DNA of 47,683 bases, taken from assembly GCA_021432655.1 (NCBI GenBank), contig MU271352.1:32601-80283 (forward strand), given 5' to 3'. Numbering within the stretch: the first letter of the stretch is position 1; each line of letters opens with the position of its first letter. The notes below the pieces were generated by a model. It was given only the letters and a program-made list of their open reading frames with translations, ran no database searches and was not told where the DNA came from. The translations under genes and the position numbers were made by a program. Source of the DNA: Atractiella rhizophila (lineage: Eukaryota). Below, in pieces: positions 1 through 9,656 of this stretch.

Positions 1-187
1 GCGCAAGCACCTGCGTTGCGCGTCATATTGCACAGCCGCTAAACGTACAAGAAGCGGCCAGACAGAAGGAACACCCTATCACACAACAGCTCGCTTGTTT
101 CTACCCTTTGTTTTCCTATTTTCGTTTTTATCTTGTGGTATTTGTAGTTTTGGTCTTGTCCCGCACTCTACTTTCCCCCGCAACACA

Positions 188-633
188 TGGAGCGTTAACT
201 CCCTAAAACCCTAAACTGGCCACAACAAAACCACGTTATTCGTTGGCAAAACGCTTGACCCCACTCACTGAGTGGTTGTTTGACCAGCGGCTAGACAGGC
301 AACTCCTTGTCTGGCCGCGGAGCGAATCTGGATACAAGTTGTCACACTGATCCCTAAGTGGGTCGCTCCGCAGATCTCCTCATCCTGGAGAATTTCACTC
401 CCCCTCCCCTGGAGCGCTAACTCCCTCTTAAAAAACATTTACGCTGTAACCACTACCACGTTCTTGTGTTAACTCGTTAGCAGAAAACTGCTCCGCTGCT
501 TACCTGAGTGGTTGCTGGTTCAGCGGCTAAACAGGCAACTCCTTGTTCAGCCGCGGAACGGAACTGGATTCATAGTTTCTGATCCTAAAGTGGGCCGTTC
601 CGTATATCCCCACAACCTGGGGAATTTCACTCC
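188..633. repeat. Imperfect tandem duplication, two units of about 220 bp (188-401 and 410-633)
   Basis: Collinear shared blocks: tggagcg(t/c)taactccct, ctgagtggttg, cagcggcta(g/a)acaggcaactccttgt, gccgcgga, ctgatcc..aagtggg, cctgg(a/g)gaatttcactcc. Confidence 0.85.
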
Positions 634-1529
634 TTCTGGGAAGTCGCGCAAAAGCAGCTTCCAATGCCTTTGCGCGTAAACCCGCTAAAAACCGCCTCAA
701 GCCATACCTTAGCCCTGCTTGACGCTCTCCCACACGTCACACTATCAGAAAATACCGTAGGACACTCAAAAGATCTAGATACTACAACTAGGTGAGCAGG
801 AGTCTACCACTTATGGGAAACATAGCTTGCGCTATAAACTTTTGAGATAAAGCCCATGGCTTGGTAAAGGGTAGTTGTTAAAAAAGATGAAGGGTAAGGA
901 GTTAAGGTAAGTGGTTAAGGCCTCCACCAAACCCGTTGACCTGAGACGGTCCCTACAGCAGAAGCAACTGAAAAGCATAATCCGGGTGTACCTTGTGACC
1001 TACATAGAAGGTACTCCTACCGTTGAGCTCAAATTCCAACTCCCCTGGGTTTTGAACGTTTTGCGCTTTTCCCGGTACGGTAAACAGCAGGTTGAAAAAC
1101 TGTCCAGAGCAACTAAACTACAAAAAGCGCGAGTTGGTCTGCTTTAGCGGCTATACTATAAGCCCGCGGCCACACGCAAAAGACAGTATTACAAAACGGT
1201 ACTCTAGACGACGAACGAGCTCACGGCGAACACGAAGGGCCAGCCGCTGAACGTAGAAAAGCTGCTTAACGCGGTGGGCGCCCTTACAGGAGCAGCCTCT
1301 ACCCAAGTTTCCGGTACGCACCTATGGCCCAGGCCTATTTGGTTGCGAGCTCCATAATAAGCTTGGGTAGCTAGTGGGAGGAACGCCTGAGGGTCCTCCC
1401 CTAGACAGGGGAGTGTGAGTCCTGCATCACTCACTTTGCCATTGATCTCCCCACTCACCACAATGCCTTATGCCACCACGACACGATTTACACTTGTCGC
1501 CGCCTGGCAAATTCGCCGCTAATACGGAG

Positions 1530-3048
1530 TCACAAAACATACATTTCAAAGTTCAAAATCGCCGCTCCGAATAGACTCCTCACTATCACTACTACTCGAA
1601 GCGGAATCAGAATACACATCGAAATTGGAATTGTCATAGGCCTAGCCCCATCCTCCGCAGCACGTTCATCCTGCCTCCTTTTAAACAATTCCATTTGCAA
1701 CTCGGCGGCCTTAAGAGCATCCGCCGCCGCTTGCGCATTTAACCTGGCGGCCTCGAGCATTGTTTGTGCAAAATCCATGCTGAACGCTTCGGAGTACAAA
1801 CGGGCGGCGCTCAGCATAGAATGCGAAGGAGAGTCCTCGTCGGCGTCCGACACATTCTCATAATTGCTCTCAGCGAAAGCTGACGGACGCTTTCTCCCGT
1901 CGCCGACGCGTTTGGGGTGGAAGGTAGTCGACATCACGACCAGCATAGAGAGTTCCCGCAAATAACCCAAAGGCAAGACCTCACACCTCTTTCGAGAACT
2001 GTGACATCGCGAACAAACCCGACCGAACGCGGTTGCAACATGCCCAGCGGAGAAGTCACACACTTGAGACTCATTGTCAGCCTTAGCCTTCTTTTTCGCC
2101 GCTTTGACCGGCGCCGCTCGAATTTTCCCAGTACAATTACTGCATCGCTGCGTTCCGATGCTCGCTAACGTGGGGAGGATGCGCGGGTTCGCCCGAGGAG
2201 TCATGATAACCAATTCGAGCTCCAATTCACCCAGATTGATGTTCGCCGCAGCATGAGAATAGGCCTCGCGAGTACCTGGCCAGAAGTAGCGATATTTCGC
2301 CGCATCCAATTCCTTGTCGCCGATTCGCACTTTTCCGTCGCGCACTACAAATTCGGCGACCGGCGCACTGGCGAACGGATTTCGATCCCCCAACGCTGCA
2401 GGCAGAACAAAGGTTGTCGCAGTAACCAGATGGTCAGATAGGGTCCTCACAACCCCGACCTCAGGTCCTTTCAACGCCGAAATCGACTTTTGCGCTCGCA
2501 AATTTTCCTCCGCCACTCGTCGCTTATTTTCAAGCGCTACCCATTTGCGTTCCTCTTCTTCCTTTGCCAAGCGTTTTTCGTGTCAGACAAGAAAAGCTCT
2601 CGTTCTTTCCTTTGCAAAACAGGGTCGCCATTCGCCAACTCGGACGGCTGAAAACCGAGTTTCACCGCTTCCTCCTCGACGAGCGCCGCTTGTTCGGCCC
2701 AAAGACGAAGTTCATCACGCAATGCCTGCAGACCTTCCACAGGCATATGCAGAGGAAATGACAAAACCCGTCCATCACCGAAACCTTTGGCAGCCTCATA
2801 AGCCATTCGCACCTTCCCATCGCCGACGGGTTACCACACAAAATATACGAGACAAGAAAACTCACCTCTGCCTGCACCTCATCACAAAATTTGACATACA
2901 GAGGGTAGCACCTTTTCCCCCACTCCAGCACATCGGCGAAATGCCCAAAGTTCACCTCCTTCGCTTTCTCCACGTCCCAGAAAATGGTGCTCTCCTTCCT
3001 ATCCTTGTTCGCCAGAACGAAGTCGAAGAGTTGCGCATCGGTCGACAT
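1530..3048 (-). CDS. Antisense accessory gene of element A: spliced, apparently frameshifted, coiled-coil plus six-Cys (Zn2Cys6-like) protein of unknown function
   Basis: ATG at 3048. A phase-0 53-nt intron at 2865-2813 (GAG|gtgagt...gggaag|GTG) joins ORF 2662..3048 in frame to ORF 2537..2812. A 1-nt shift near 2575-2585 leads into ORF 1530..2570, which contains C-x2-C-x24-C-x14-C-x2-C-x6-C (2144-1983). Confidence 0.65.
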
Positions 3049-3160
3049 TTTTGCAAGAGTAGACGGAGGGTGATGGTGGTAGAACTGGAAAATTTTTCGC
3101 CCAAGCTAGCCGCAAACCTTAACTTTAAAATTCCGTGACTCACGTACACGAGTCAGAAAT

Positions 3161-3171
3161 TTGGGGGGTGT
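3161..3171 (+). other. Polypurine tract (plus-strand primer) of element A
   Basis: ttggggggtgt immediately 5' of the LTR start TGTCAGG at 3172. Confidence 0.7.
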
Positions 3172-3660
3172 TGTCAGGCTTGCCCCTACGCATTACCGAA
3201 ATGCACCATCTGAAGTCACGTGACCTACTTTACCATGCCATAGGACCACACGCCTGCCCATCGCCGCTTTGCTCACGTTCTCGCTGATCGCCGCCTTCCC
3301 CTGTCTCACACTAATCGCCGCTCAGCAAACCTTAACCATTTCGCCGGTCTGCACCGTCTCCATTATTGCTTTATTGTCCTTTCTCACTTGTACTGCTCAG
3401 TATGTCTTATTTCCGAGTTTCCTTTTATTGCTTTCCTGATCTAGCTATCTTACATGTTTCAAGAAACTTATGATACAGTTTATGGCAGTGCTCTTACATA
3501 TGGATATATACATCGAGATGTAGTGGTGGTGACCTCAGAGTATCCTCTTAGGTTTACCTCCACTACAGGTTAGTCTCCTCATGCCATACTATTCTCTTAG
3601 GTTTACCTCCACTACAGACGCATCGCCTATCGGCGACCGCACATAGTGTCAGCCCTAACA
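3172..3660 (+). repeat. 3' LTR of element A (489 bp)
   Basis: Starts TGTCAGG, ends CCCTAACA. TATA-like gatatatacat near 3504, direct repeat ctcttaggtttacctccactacag twice, palindrome gtcacgtgac at 3215-3224. Aligns end to end with the reverse complement of 4507-4989. Confidence 0.92.
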
Positions 3661-4506
3661 CTTGCCATCTGACTTGATTTGTGACAAACGGCGCTTGTTG
3701 TGAAATTCGACACATTGACTTCAAGCAAAAATCGTCCTGTCAGTTCAGCATGTCCCAAAACTTGGCACCAAAATCATGAGCTGTTTTAAAGCGGCGAACG
3801 AACGTTGCTGATCTACCTCCCAGACTCAGGAAGCCTTGTTGTTTGTTAGTTCATATAAAGGTCATGCGGAATCTGTCGCAAAGTGGTGGTAGAAATTAGT
3901 GAAACCGAGGAACATTCGGACTTCCTTCTTGTTTTTCAGTTCCGGCCAGTCCATCACTCCTGCGTCTTTTAGTGGTTCAATCCCTCTGCTGGAAATGATC
4001 AAACCTGGATACTCCACCTCATCTTGACACCAAACGTATTTCTGCAAATTTACGTAAAGCCCATTTTCACACAAAATTTGACAAACTTTTCGAACATGTT
4101 CCCAGTGTTCTTCTTCAGTCTCCGTCCTAATCAGGATATCGTAGATGTCTATGAAGATGAACGCAGCGGCAATTCGGCGATCATCATGCAGAAAATAGAG
4201 TTCAGGAAAGCCTGAACAGTCGCCAATGAGTTGCAGAGTCCAAAATACATCACTAACGGTTCGAAAAGTCCGTGATTAGTGCGAAATGCCGCTTTGTGCT
4301 TGTCTCCCTCTTTGATGTGAATGTTGTTGAAACCTTTTCTCAGGTCGATCTTGCTGAAGAATTTCTTACCAGAGACCATGGAGCAGAGGTCAGCTTGGAT
4401 GGGGAGTGGAGTTTTGTCTTTGACAGTGGCTTCATTCAACTTACCATAGTCGAAAAGGGGACGAAGTTCAGGTGTCCTTTCTGTGCTTAAAAAAGACGGA
4501 ACCTCC
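3661..4506 (-). pseudogene. pol: pol fragment: reverse transcriptase and RNase H N-terminus, disrupted
   Basis: ORFs 4149..4439 and 3862..4074 plus intervening frames. The catalytic [Y/F]xDD motif reads FIDIYDILI (two extra codons). Stops and frameshifts are present. An EVNVSNFTTSAV RNase H-like motif lies just before 3661. Confidence 0.92.
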
Positions 4507-4989
4507 TGTTAGGGCAAACACTATGTGCGGTCGCCGACGGGCGATGCGTCTGTAGTGGAGGTTAACCTAAGTGAATAGTATGGCATGAGAAGACTAACCT
4601 GTAGTGGAGGTAAACCTAAGAGAATACTCTGCCACCACTACATCTCGATGTATATATACATATGTAAAGGCACTGCCATAAACTGTAACACACGTTTCTT
4701 GAAACACGTAAGATAGCTAGATCGGGAAAGCAATAAAGGGAATACTCGGAAATAAGATGTACTGGGTAGTACTAGTGAGAAAGGACAATAAGGCGAACAT
4801 GGAGACGGCACAGACCGGCGAAATGTATAAGGTTTGTTGAGCGGCGATCGTGTGAGAAAGGGGAAAGCGGTGAACAGCACGGGCATGAGCAGAGCGGCGA
4901 TGGGTAGGTACGTGATGCCATGACGTGGTAAAGTAGGTCACGTGACTTCAGATGGTGGATTTCGGTAATGCGTAGGGGCAAGCCTGATA
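4507..4989 (-). repeat. Solo LTR of the element A family inserted in pol of element B (483 bp)
   Basis: Reverse complement is collinear with 3172-3660. Termini TATCAGG (mutated TG) ... CCCTAACA. Flanked on both sides by pol coding sequence. Confidence 0.92.
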
Positions 4990-5885
4990 GAGCGCCGCTT
5001 GTTCGTCTCTTTTCAAGGGGTAGACAGGAACAGCCTATGGTTGAGCTTCTGGTTTGAGGTTGATGGCATGGTCCCAAGGTCATCAAGGAGGAAGCGAGGT
5101 TTTGAATTTTTCGTCGTCGAAAATGTCTGCAAAATCGGCGATTTGCGTCGGTATTTCGACAACGCTCTTTGGTGTCATTGCCGCTACGTCTTTCACCAGT
5201 TTCTGCAATTTTGTCATGGCAGCACGTATTGAGGCAGAGGACGATGGAAGTTGGTCACGTGTGGTAGACACATCGACCGTGTTGCAACTGGTGGGGCAAC
5301 GAGAGAACTCAACTTTCCCTGACACCCAGTTAATCTCTGGGTTGTGGTGTCTTAGCCAGTCATGACCCAGAATCATGTCGACTGTCCCCAACTCTGCCAC
5401 CGCGAATTGCCAAACTTCATGATGAGCGGCGATCGAAATGGGTAAATAAGCGACAGAATGGATGGAACCTCCCTGATTGAGGGATCCGTCGATATTGTAA
5501 ACAGGCACTGGGGAAGGGAGTTGAGTGATGGGTAGGTTGTATTCAGAAACGAGTTTTGGAGAAATAAAGGAAGTGGTTGCCCCGCTGTCGACGAGCGCCG
5601 ATGTGGCACGTCGGCAATGGGAGTGTGGGTGATGGAAAGCGGTTCTGAGTTTCGTTTTTGAACTGACTAGGGATGCTGTTGTCAAACGTAAATGGACTTT
5701 GTCGTACATTTTTGCGACATCTGCGCATCTTTGTCTCCAAGATGGAAAACACAATTTTGGAAATGGGGAGTCTTGTTCGGGAGAAGGGAAATCTGCGCAA
5801 AGCGGCGCTTTGTTGGAAGTGATTTTTAGATGACGAAAATGAATTGCAAGTCGGCGACGGGACACTCCTTTCACCCATGGCCGTC
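4990..5885 (-). pseudogene. pol: pol fragment: retroviral-type aspartic protease and linker to RT
   Basis: ALVDSGATTSFIS, VYNIDGSLNQGGSI, DMILGHDWLRHHNPEINW in ORF 5083..6081. After a TGA it continues as PWDHAINLKP...PVYPL. Confidence 0.92.
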
Positions 5886-7176
5886 TCAAAAATCCTCCTC
5901 CAGATCCGATGATTGAGCGACACTTGTTTTCGGCGACCGGTCGGCGATTTGCGCAGATTGTCGTTCTTGTTCTACGAGACGAGTGTCGAAATATTCTCCT
6001 TGTGCATGAAGGTATTGCTCTTTGCTCATGGACATCTTGCATTCCTTCTCTCTGTGTCCGATCTTTTGGCATCTTCGACAACGAGGCGGTCTGAACTTCG
6101 TTGCCTCCACCTCCATATCGTTGGGGTCTTTAGCTTCATGAGGTTGCGAAGCGGCGATGGGCGACAAAGTGGCGCTCGGTCAGTACAGAGGCAGTCCGCT
6201 GTTGTCTTTCTGTTTCGTCGATTTTGAGTGATCTTTCTTTGCTGAAAGTGTATTTTGGGTTCCACGCGTCGCCAATGAGATGCCCCGAAAGAAGCTGGAA
6301 TACGCGAATTCTTCTGTGTCGATTCGCCGCGTTTTTTCCTTCCACTCTTCAAGGGACTTGCGGAAATCACCTTGTATCACTTTAAGGTACAAAGCAGGAT
6401 TAAGGCCCGTTTGAAGAAAAATGTGAGCACCTCATCATCAAAGTCTGCCTGATTTGCCAACTCTTCAAACTTGATGATGTAGGACTCCAGGTTGCCCTTC
6501 TGTTGCAGGAAGACAGTTTCGTCTGCGCAATAAGTTTGTGGTCAGTTTTGCAAAAATGCGATCTGAACTCCGACAAAAATTGCTCCCCCGAAATCTATTC
6601 CTCATTTTCGACAAGTCAGCGCAGTATCCCAGCGGCGAATTTTTCAGCATCTCATTCTTTCATATACAATAGAGTAAATAAGATTTTCGACTTTTCTGAA
6701 GCGAACTGTCCTGGGATGGCAGACGTGTAGACGTAAATTTCACGGAGAAAGGTCGGCACTGAGCTAGGTACTCCTTTGAAGATAGAGGGTGTGGCAAGTC
6801 TGATTCCAGCATCAGGCAAAACTTGTGCATTTTGAGGTATAGAGGGAGGAGAGTAAGTTTGGGGTATTGGGTCTGTTCATGATAAAAAGGGGGAGGTGGT
6901 TCCACTGTCTCTAGGAAGAGGCAGTCTGGAGTCCAGTAATTGTAAAATTCGGTCGTTTGTGTTCTGGACGTCGGACCTCAGTTGCGCAATTTCGTGCGCA
7001 TTGTGGGAGGTTTGTGCGTTTTGTTGGTTGAAATTTGCTATGAGGTCTTGTTCGATTTTTTTGAACTGCTTTTCGGTTGTGAGGTGTAGAGTTTGGAACA
7101 TCCTTTCTAAGCGATGGATGCGTTCTTCGCTCGTCGGCAATTCGCGCGTTTCCATATCTCCCCAAACCTCCAACAT
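5886..7176 (-). pseudogene. gag: gag with C-terminal CCHC zinc knuckle, frameshifted
   Basis: ATG at 7176 shortly after the LTR, a coiled-coil N-terminus, and KDPNDMEVEAT followed by CRRCQKIGHREKEC (C-x2-C-x4-H-x4-C) in ORF 5886..6167. Broken into several ORFs. Confidence 0.88.
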
Positions 7177-7203
7177 TTTTAAGTTTGGTTTTGAAAATGA
7201 GAG

Positions 7204-7213
7204 AGAGTATTCT
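7204..7213 (-). other. Putative self-priming primer-binding site (Tf1/sushi type)
   Basis: Minus-strand AGAATACTCT begins 2 nt after the LTR end. It is the exact reverse complement of AGAGTATTCT (7337-7328) inside the LTR, about 34 nt downstream of the TATA-like tatatataga. Confidence 0.7.
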
Positions 7214-7215
7214 TC

Positions 7216-7720
7216 TATTAGGGCTGGCACTATGTGCAGTCGCCGACGGGCGATGCGTCTGTAGTGGAGATAAACCTAAGAGCATGATATGACATGAAGA
7301 CGAACCTGTAGTGGAGATAAACCTAAGAGAATACTCTAAGGTCACCTCCACTACTCTTCGATCTATATATACAAGCAGAATAGCACTGCCACAGAAGCGT
7401 AGAGGAGAGCAGATGAAACATGTAAGAGAACTAAAAGGGGGAAGTGACAGTGGGATTACGTGGAGTAAATAAGAGGAGAATCGATACAAATGAGCTAAGT
7501 GGTGATGCAGGTGCAAATGGGCGAACGGGCAACTGGGCGCCGATTTGCACTGTGTGCAAATAGGCGACAGGAGACGCAGAGTGGCGACAGGCGCCGATTC
7601 GCAGGGAACACAAATGGGCGATAGGAGACGTAATCCGGCGAACGGGCGCCGATTTGCATAAGATGCAAACCTGACACAAGTGTAGTTGTGACGTCCTGGT
7701 TCTCTGACTATGCTGCGACA
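7216..7720 (-). repeat. 5' LTR of element B (505 bp)
   Basis: Minus strand starts TGTCGCAG (7720) and ends CCCTAATA (mutated CA). The 3' part (TATA, R, U5) matches the other LTRs. The 5' part differs and has three ggcgccgatt(t/c)gca repeats. Confidence 0.85.
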
Positions 7721-9090
7721 TGGCAAGAGGAATCTGGCCTCGAATTCGCCCAGTATGACGGTGCTCAAGTCCTTTCTATCAATGGCAAAGACCCTTGGGC
7801 AGTTGTTGATGAATATGCTGGAGTTTCTGGATCCTATTAAGGGTTAAGTTCTCAACAAAACAGCTTCTTTGCGGTTTATACGAAGTCTGCATTGGAATAT
7901 GGTGTCTGTCTTGCCCCATCTTCCTACCCACCATTGATGATTGATTTGCGATCCAGGATATAGAGTCGGGGAGTGCGCGGGGTGGTGGAACCCACCACCG
8001 TCAGACACGGTTGAGCTCACAGTATCAGTAAACGGAGCAGAAGAAACCATCACCGTCCACTACGTTTCACAGATTGCTTCCGATACTGTCGCATTCACAG
8101 ATTTCTGCTATGTATTGGACCACAACTGTCTCGCCAAGTCGACTACAATGGGGAACGGTCTTCTGCGACTTGCACCACCGCCGCTCCGAGCGTCCAGGGT
8201 AGTTCTCCCAATGCGACGGACAACACTGTGAACGAAAACGTAATGTTCTCCCTTCTCTTCTGAAGGAGGACGTTGATTGCCAAACTTGTTTGGACGGCGA
8301 AATCCCCCCGGCGGTTTGCGCGTCTTATCCCGCAAGAAGACGTTCATGCTCAGATCAATCACGCAGTTAACAAAATTGGCAGGTATCGATATTACCCTAC
8401 CTGATCGTTTTGCACCTACCACCCCTGTAATCAGAGGATCCGATGGTCCCGTATTATGCTAACCCTTTATGGTGCGGAGGATCTGCAAAATTCTTCCACT
8501 ATGACACCGACTCCCTTCATTTCCGAGCATCTAGCTGATCTGGACGCAGAGACGACCTTTTTTCTTGTCACGGCGATATTTGCTTTAACTATGTCACGCA
8601 AACCCAACCCCAGACTTCGCTCCATGGGACATGAGCAATATCATCCTTTTGGTAAATGGACGTTGCGCCAGGACATGCGCACTCTTCACGACTGCGATAA
8701 GAAAGCACGGTGTACGTACTCTCGTCGCAGGAGGGAAAGCCGGTCAGCCTCAACAGTATTGTGGAACTGTGGGAGGGGCATCCACGAGCCACAAGGTCAT
8801 CAACCATATATTGAAGGCTACAGGATTAAAGAATAATTTGGCTGCGCCGCCACATTTTATCTCTGATAGCTATCAAGGCGCCGTTCTCCAGTTGGCTTTG
8901 GAGTGGGAGGGTGCGAAAGTGGAGGAATGGATTGATCACGAGACTGATCTCACCATGGATCTGACTTTGGAAATGTACGCCATCCCTTTTAGTTGTAGGA
9001 GTTAATGCTGATAATGGCGATAGCGTCAATAAGTCTGAGAGCATCCGGAAAGCGGTTGCTAAACAGGTTTGGAACCTCGATGTTGCATGA
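7721..9090 (+). pseudogene. Fungal S41-family (tail-specific protease-like) peptidase pseudogene, truncated by element B
   Basis: The frame from 7721 reads WQEESGLEFAQYDGAQVLSINGKDPWAVVD...GSY* (TAA 7838-7840). The C-terminal block IILLVNGRCARTCALF...VAGGKAGQPQQYCGTVGG...EEWIDH matches basidiomycete S41 proteins, but the catalytic CAS(S/T)C serine is replaced by Arg. Frameshifts are present. Confidence 0.75.
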
Positions 9091-9656
9091 TATCGTTTAG
9101 TGCTCGCTCTCCGAATCCTTGATGGCATGCTAACTCTTTACCTGTTCTACTGATGCATGGAAATGATTTTTGAATACTACTAACGTTTCACATGCACACT
9201 GAGCCTTCCACTGAGGATTTCCCTTTGACCTCTGACAAACACGACAAGTAAAAGTTGAGAGGTTTGAGCTTCCAGATGAGTCTAAGCAAGCTCAGAACGC
9301 AGCATGAGGGACTGAAATTTGGGTCTTGTTGAAGTTGGAGGCATTTCCTCAACTCTGGGATTGCCAACGGCGAGTTAACTAGTCAAAACTCTGCGGCCCT
9401 GAGTTTCCAGTCACAGTTGTCTTCTGTCTCCTCGAACATTCGGTTCTAATGGAAGAGAAACCTCTATGCGGCTCGATAGGTGTTGATATCATGTAGACAT
9501 GAGTGCATATGCCCAGGAAGCTGGAGGGGTGAAGCATAACCCTTTACTAGCTTTACAACATTTAGGAACAGTTTTCATACACTACTGATGGGATCTACCC
9601 AGTACTATGGCCACTGCCATGTCACGCGTCTCTACGCCGTCCGTCTCCAGTTTCTG

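Larger units (their letters stand above)
1..3660 (+). mobile_element. 3' part of a Ty3/gypsy-like LTR retrotransposon (element A); gag-pol presumably lies left of the window
   Basis: G-rich tract (ttggggggtgt, 3161-3171) directly precedes a TG...CA-bounded repeat (3172-3660) homologous to the other two LTRs. The LTR end abuts the RNase H frame of element B. The left limit is not visible, so assigning all of 1-3171 to the element is inference. Confidence 0.7.
3661..7720 (-). mobile_element. Decayed Ty3/gypsy LTR retrotransposon (element B): 5' LTR, gag, protease, RT, start of RNase H
   Basis: Order LTR-gag(CCHC)-PR-RT-RH on the minus strand. RT motifs SKIDLRKGFNNIHIKEGDKHKAAFRTNHGLFEPLVMYFGLCNS and FLGFTNFY are of the fungal gypsy type. 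Confidence 0.95.

Noticed and set aside
527..1461. Possible second antisense gene in element A (ORFs 1204..1461 and 527..733)
   Set aside because: Short, non-ATG starts, no motif and no convincing splice path. Cannot be supported without other copies.
2314..3138. 274-aa plus-strand ORF
   Set aside because: Shadow of the minus-strand accessory gene, with no ATG start and no recognisable motifs.
3544..3617. 24-bp direct repeats with a spacer resembling a mini CRISPR array
   Set aside because: Only two units, internal to each LTR, in a eukaryotic context with no cas genes.
3172..4989. Inverted repeats flanking an RT fragment read as a DIRS-like or TIR element
   Set aside because: The repeats have TG...CA ends, a PPT and a homologue at the 5' end of gag, and the RT is collinear with the protease beyond the second repeat. 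Two independent LTR insertions explain it.
6911..7768. 285-aa minus-strand ORF and other ORFs lying within LTRs (4638..4886, 4717..4941, 7431..7721)
   Set aside because: They run through LTR sequence and its internal repeats and are not protein-like.
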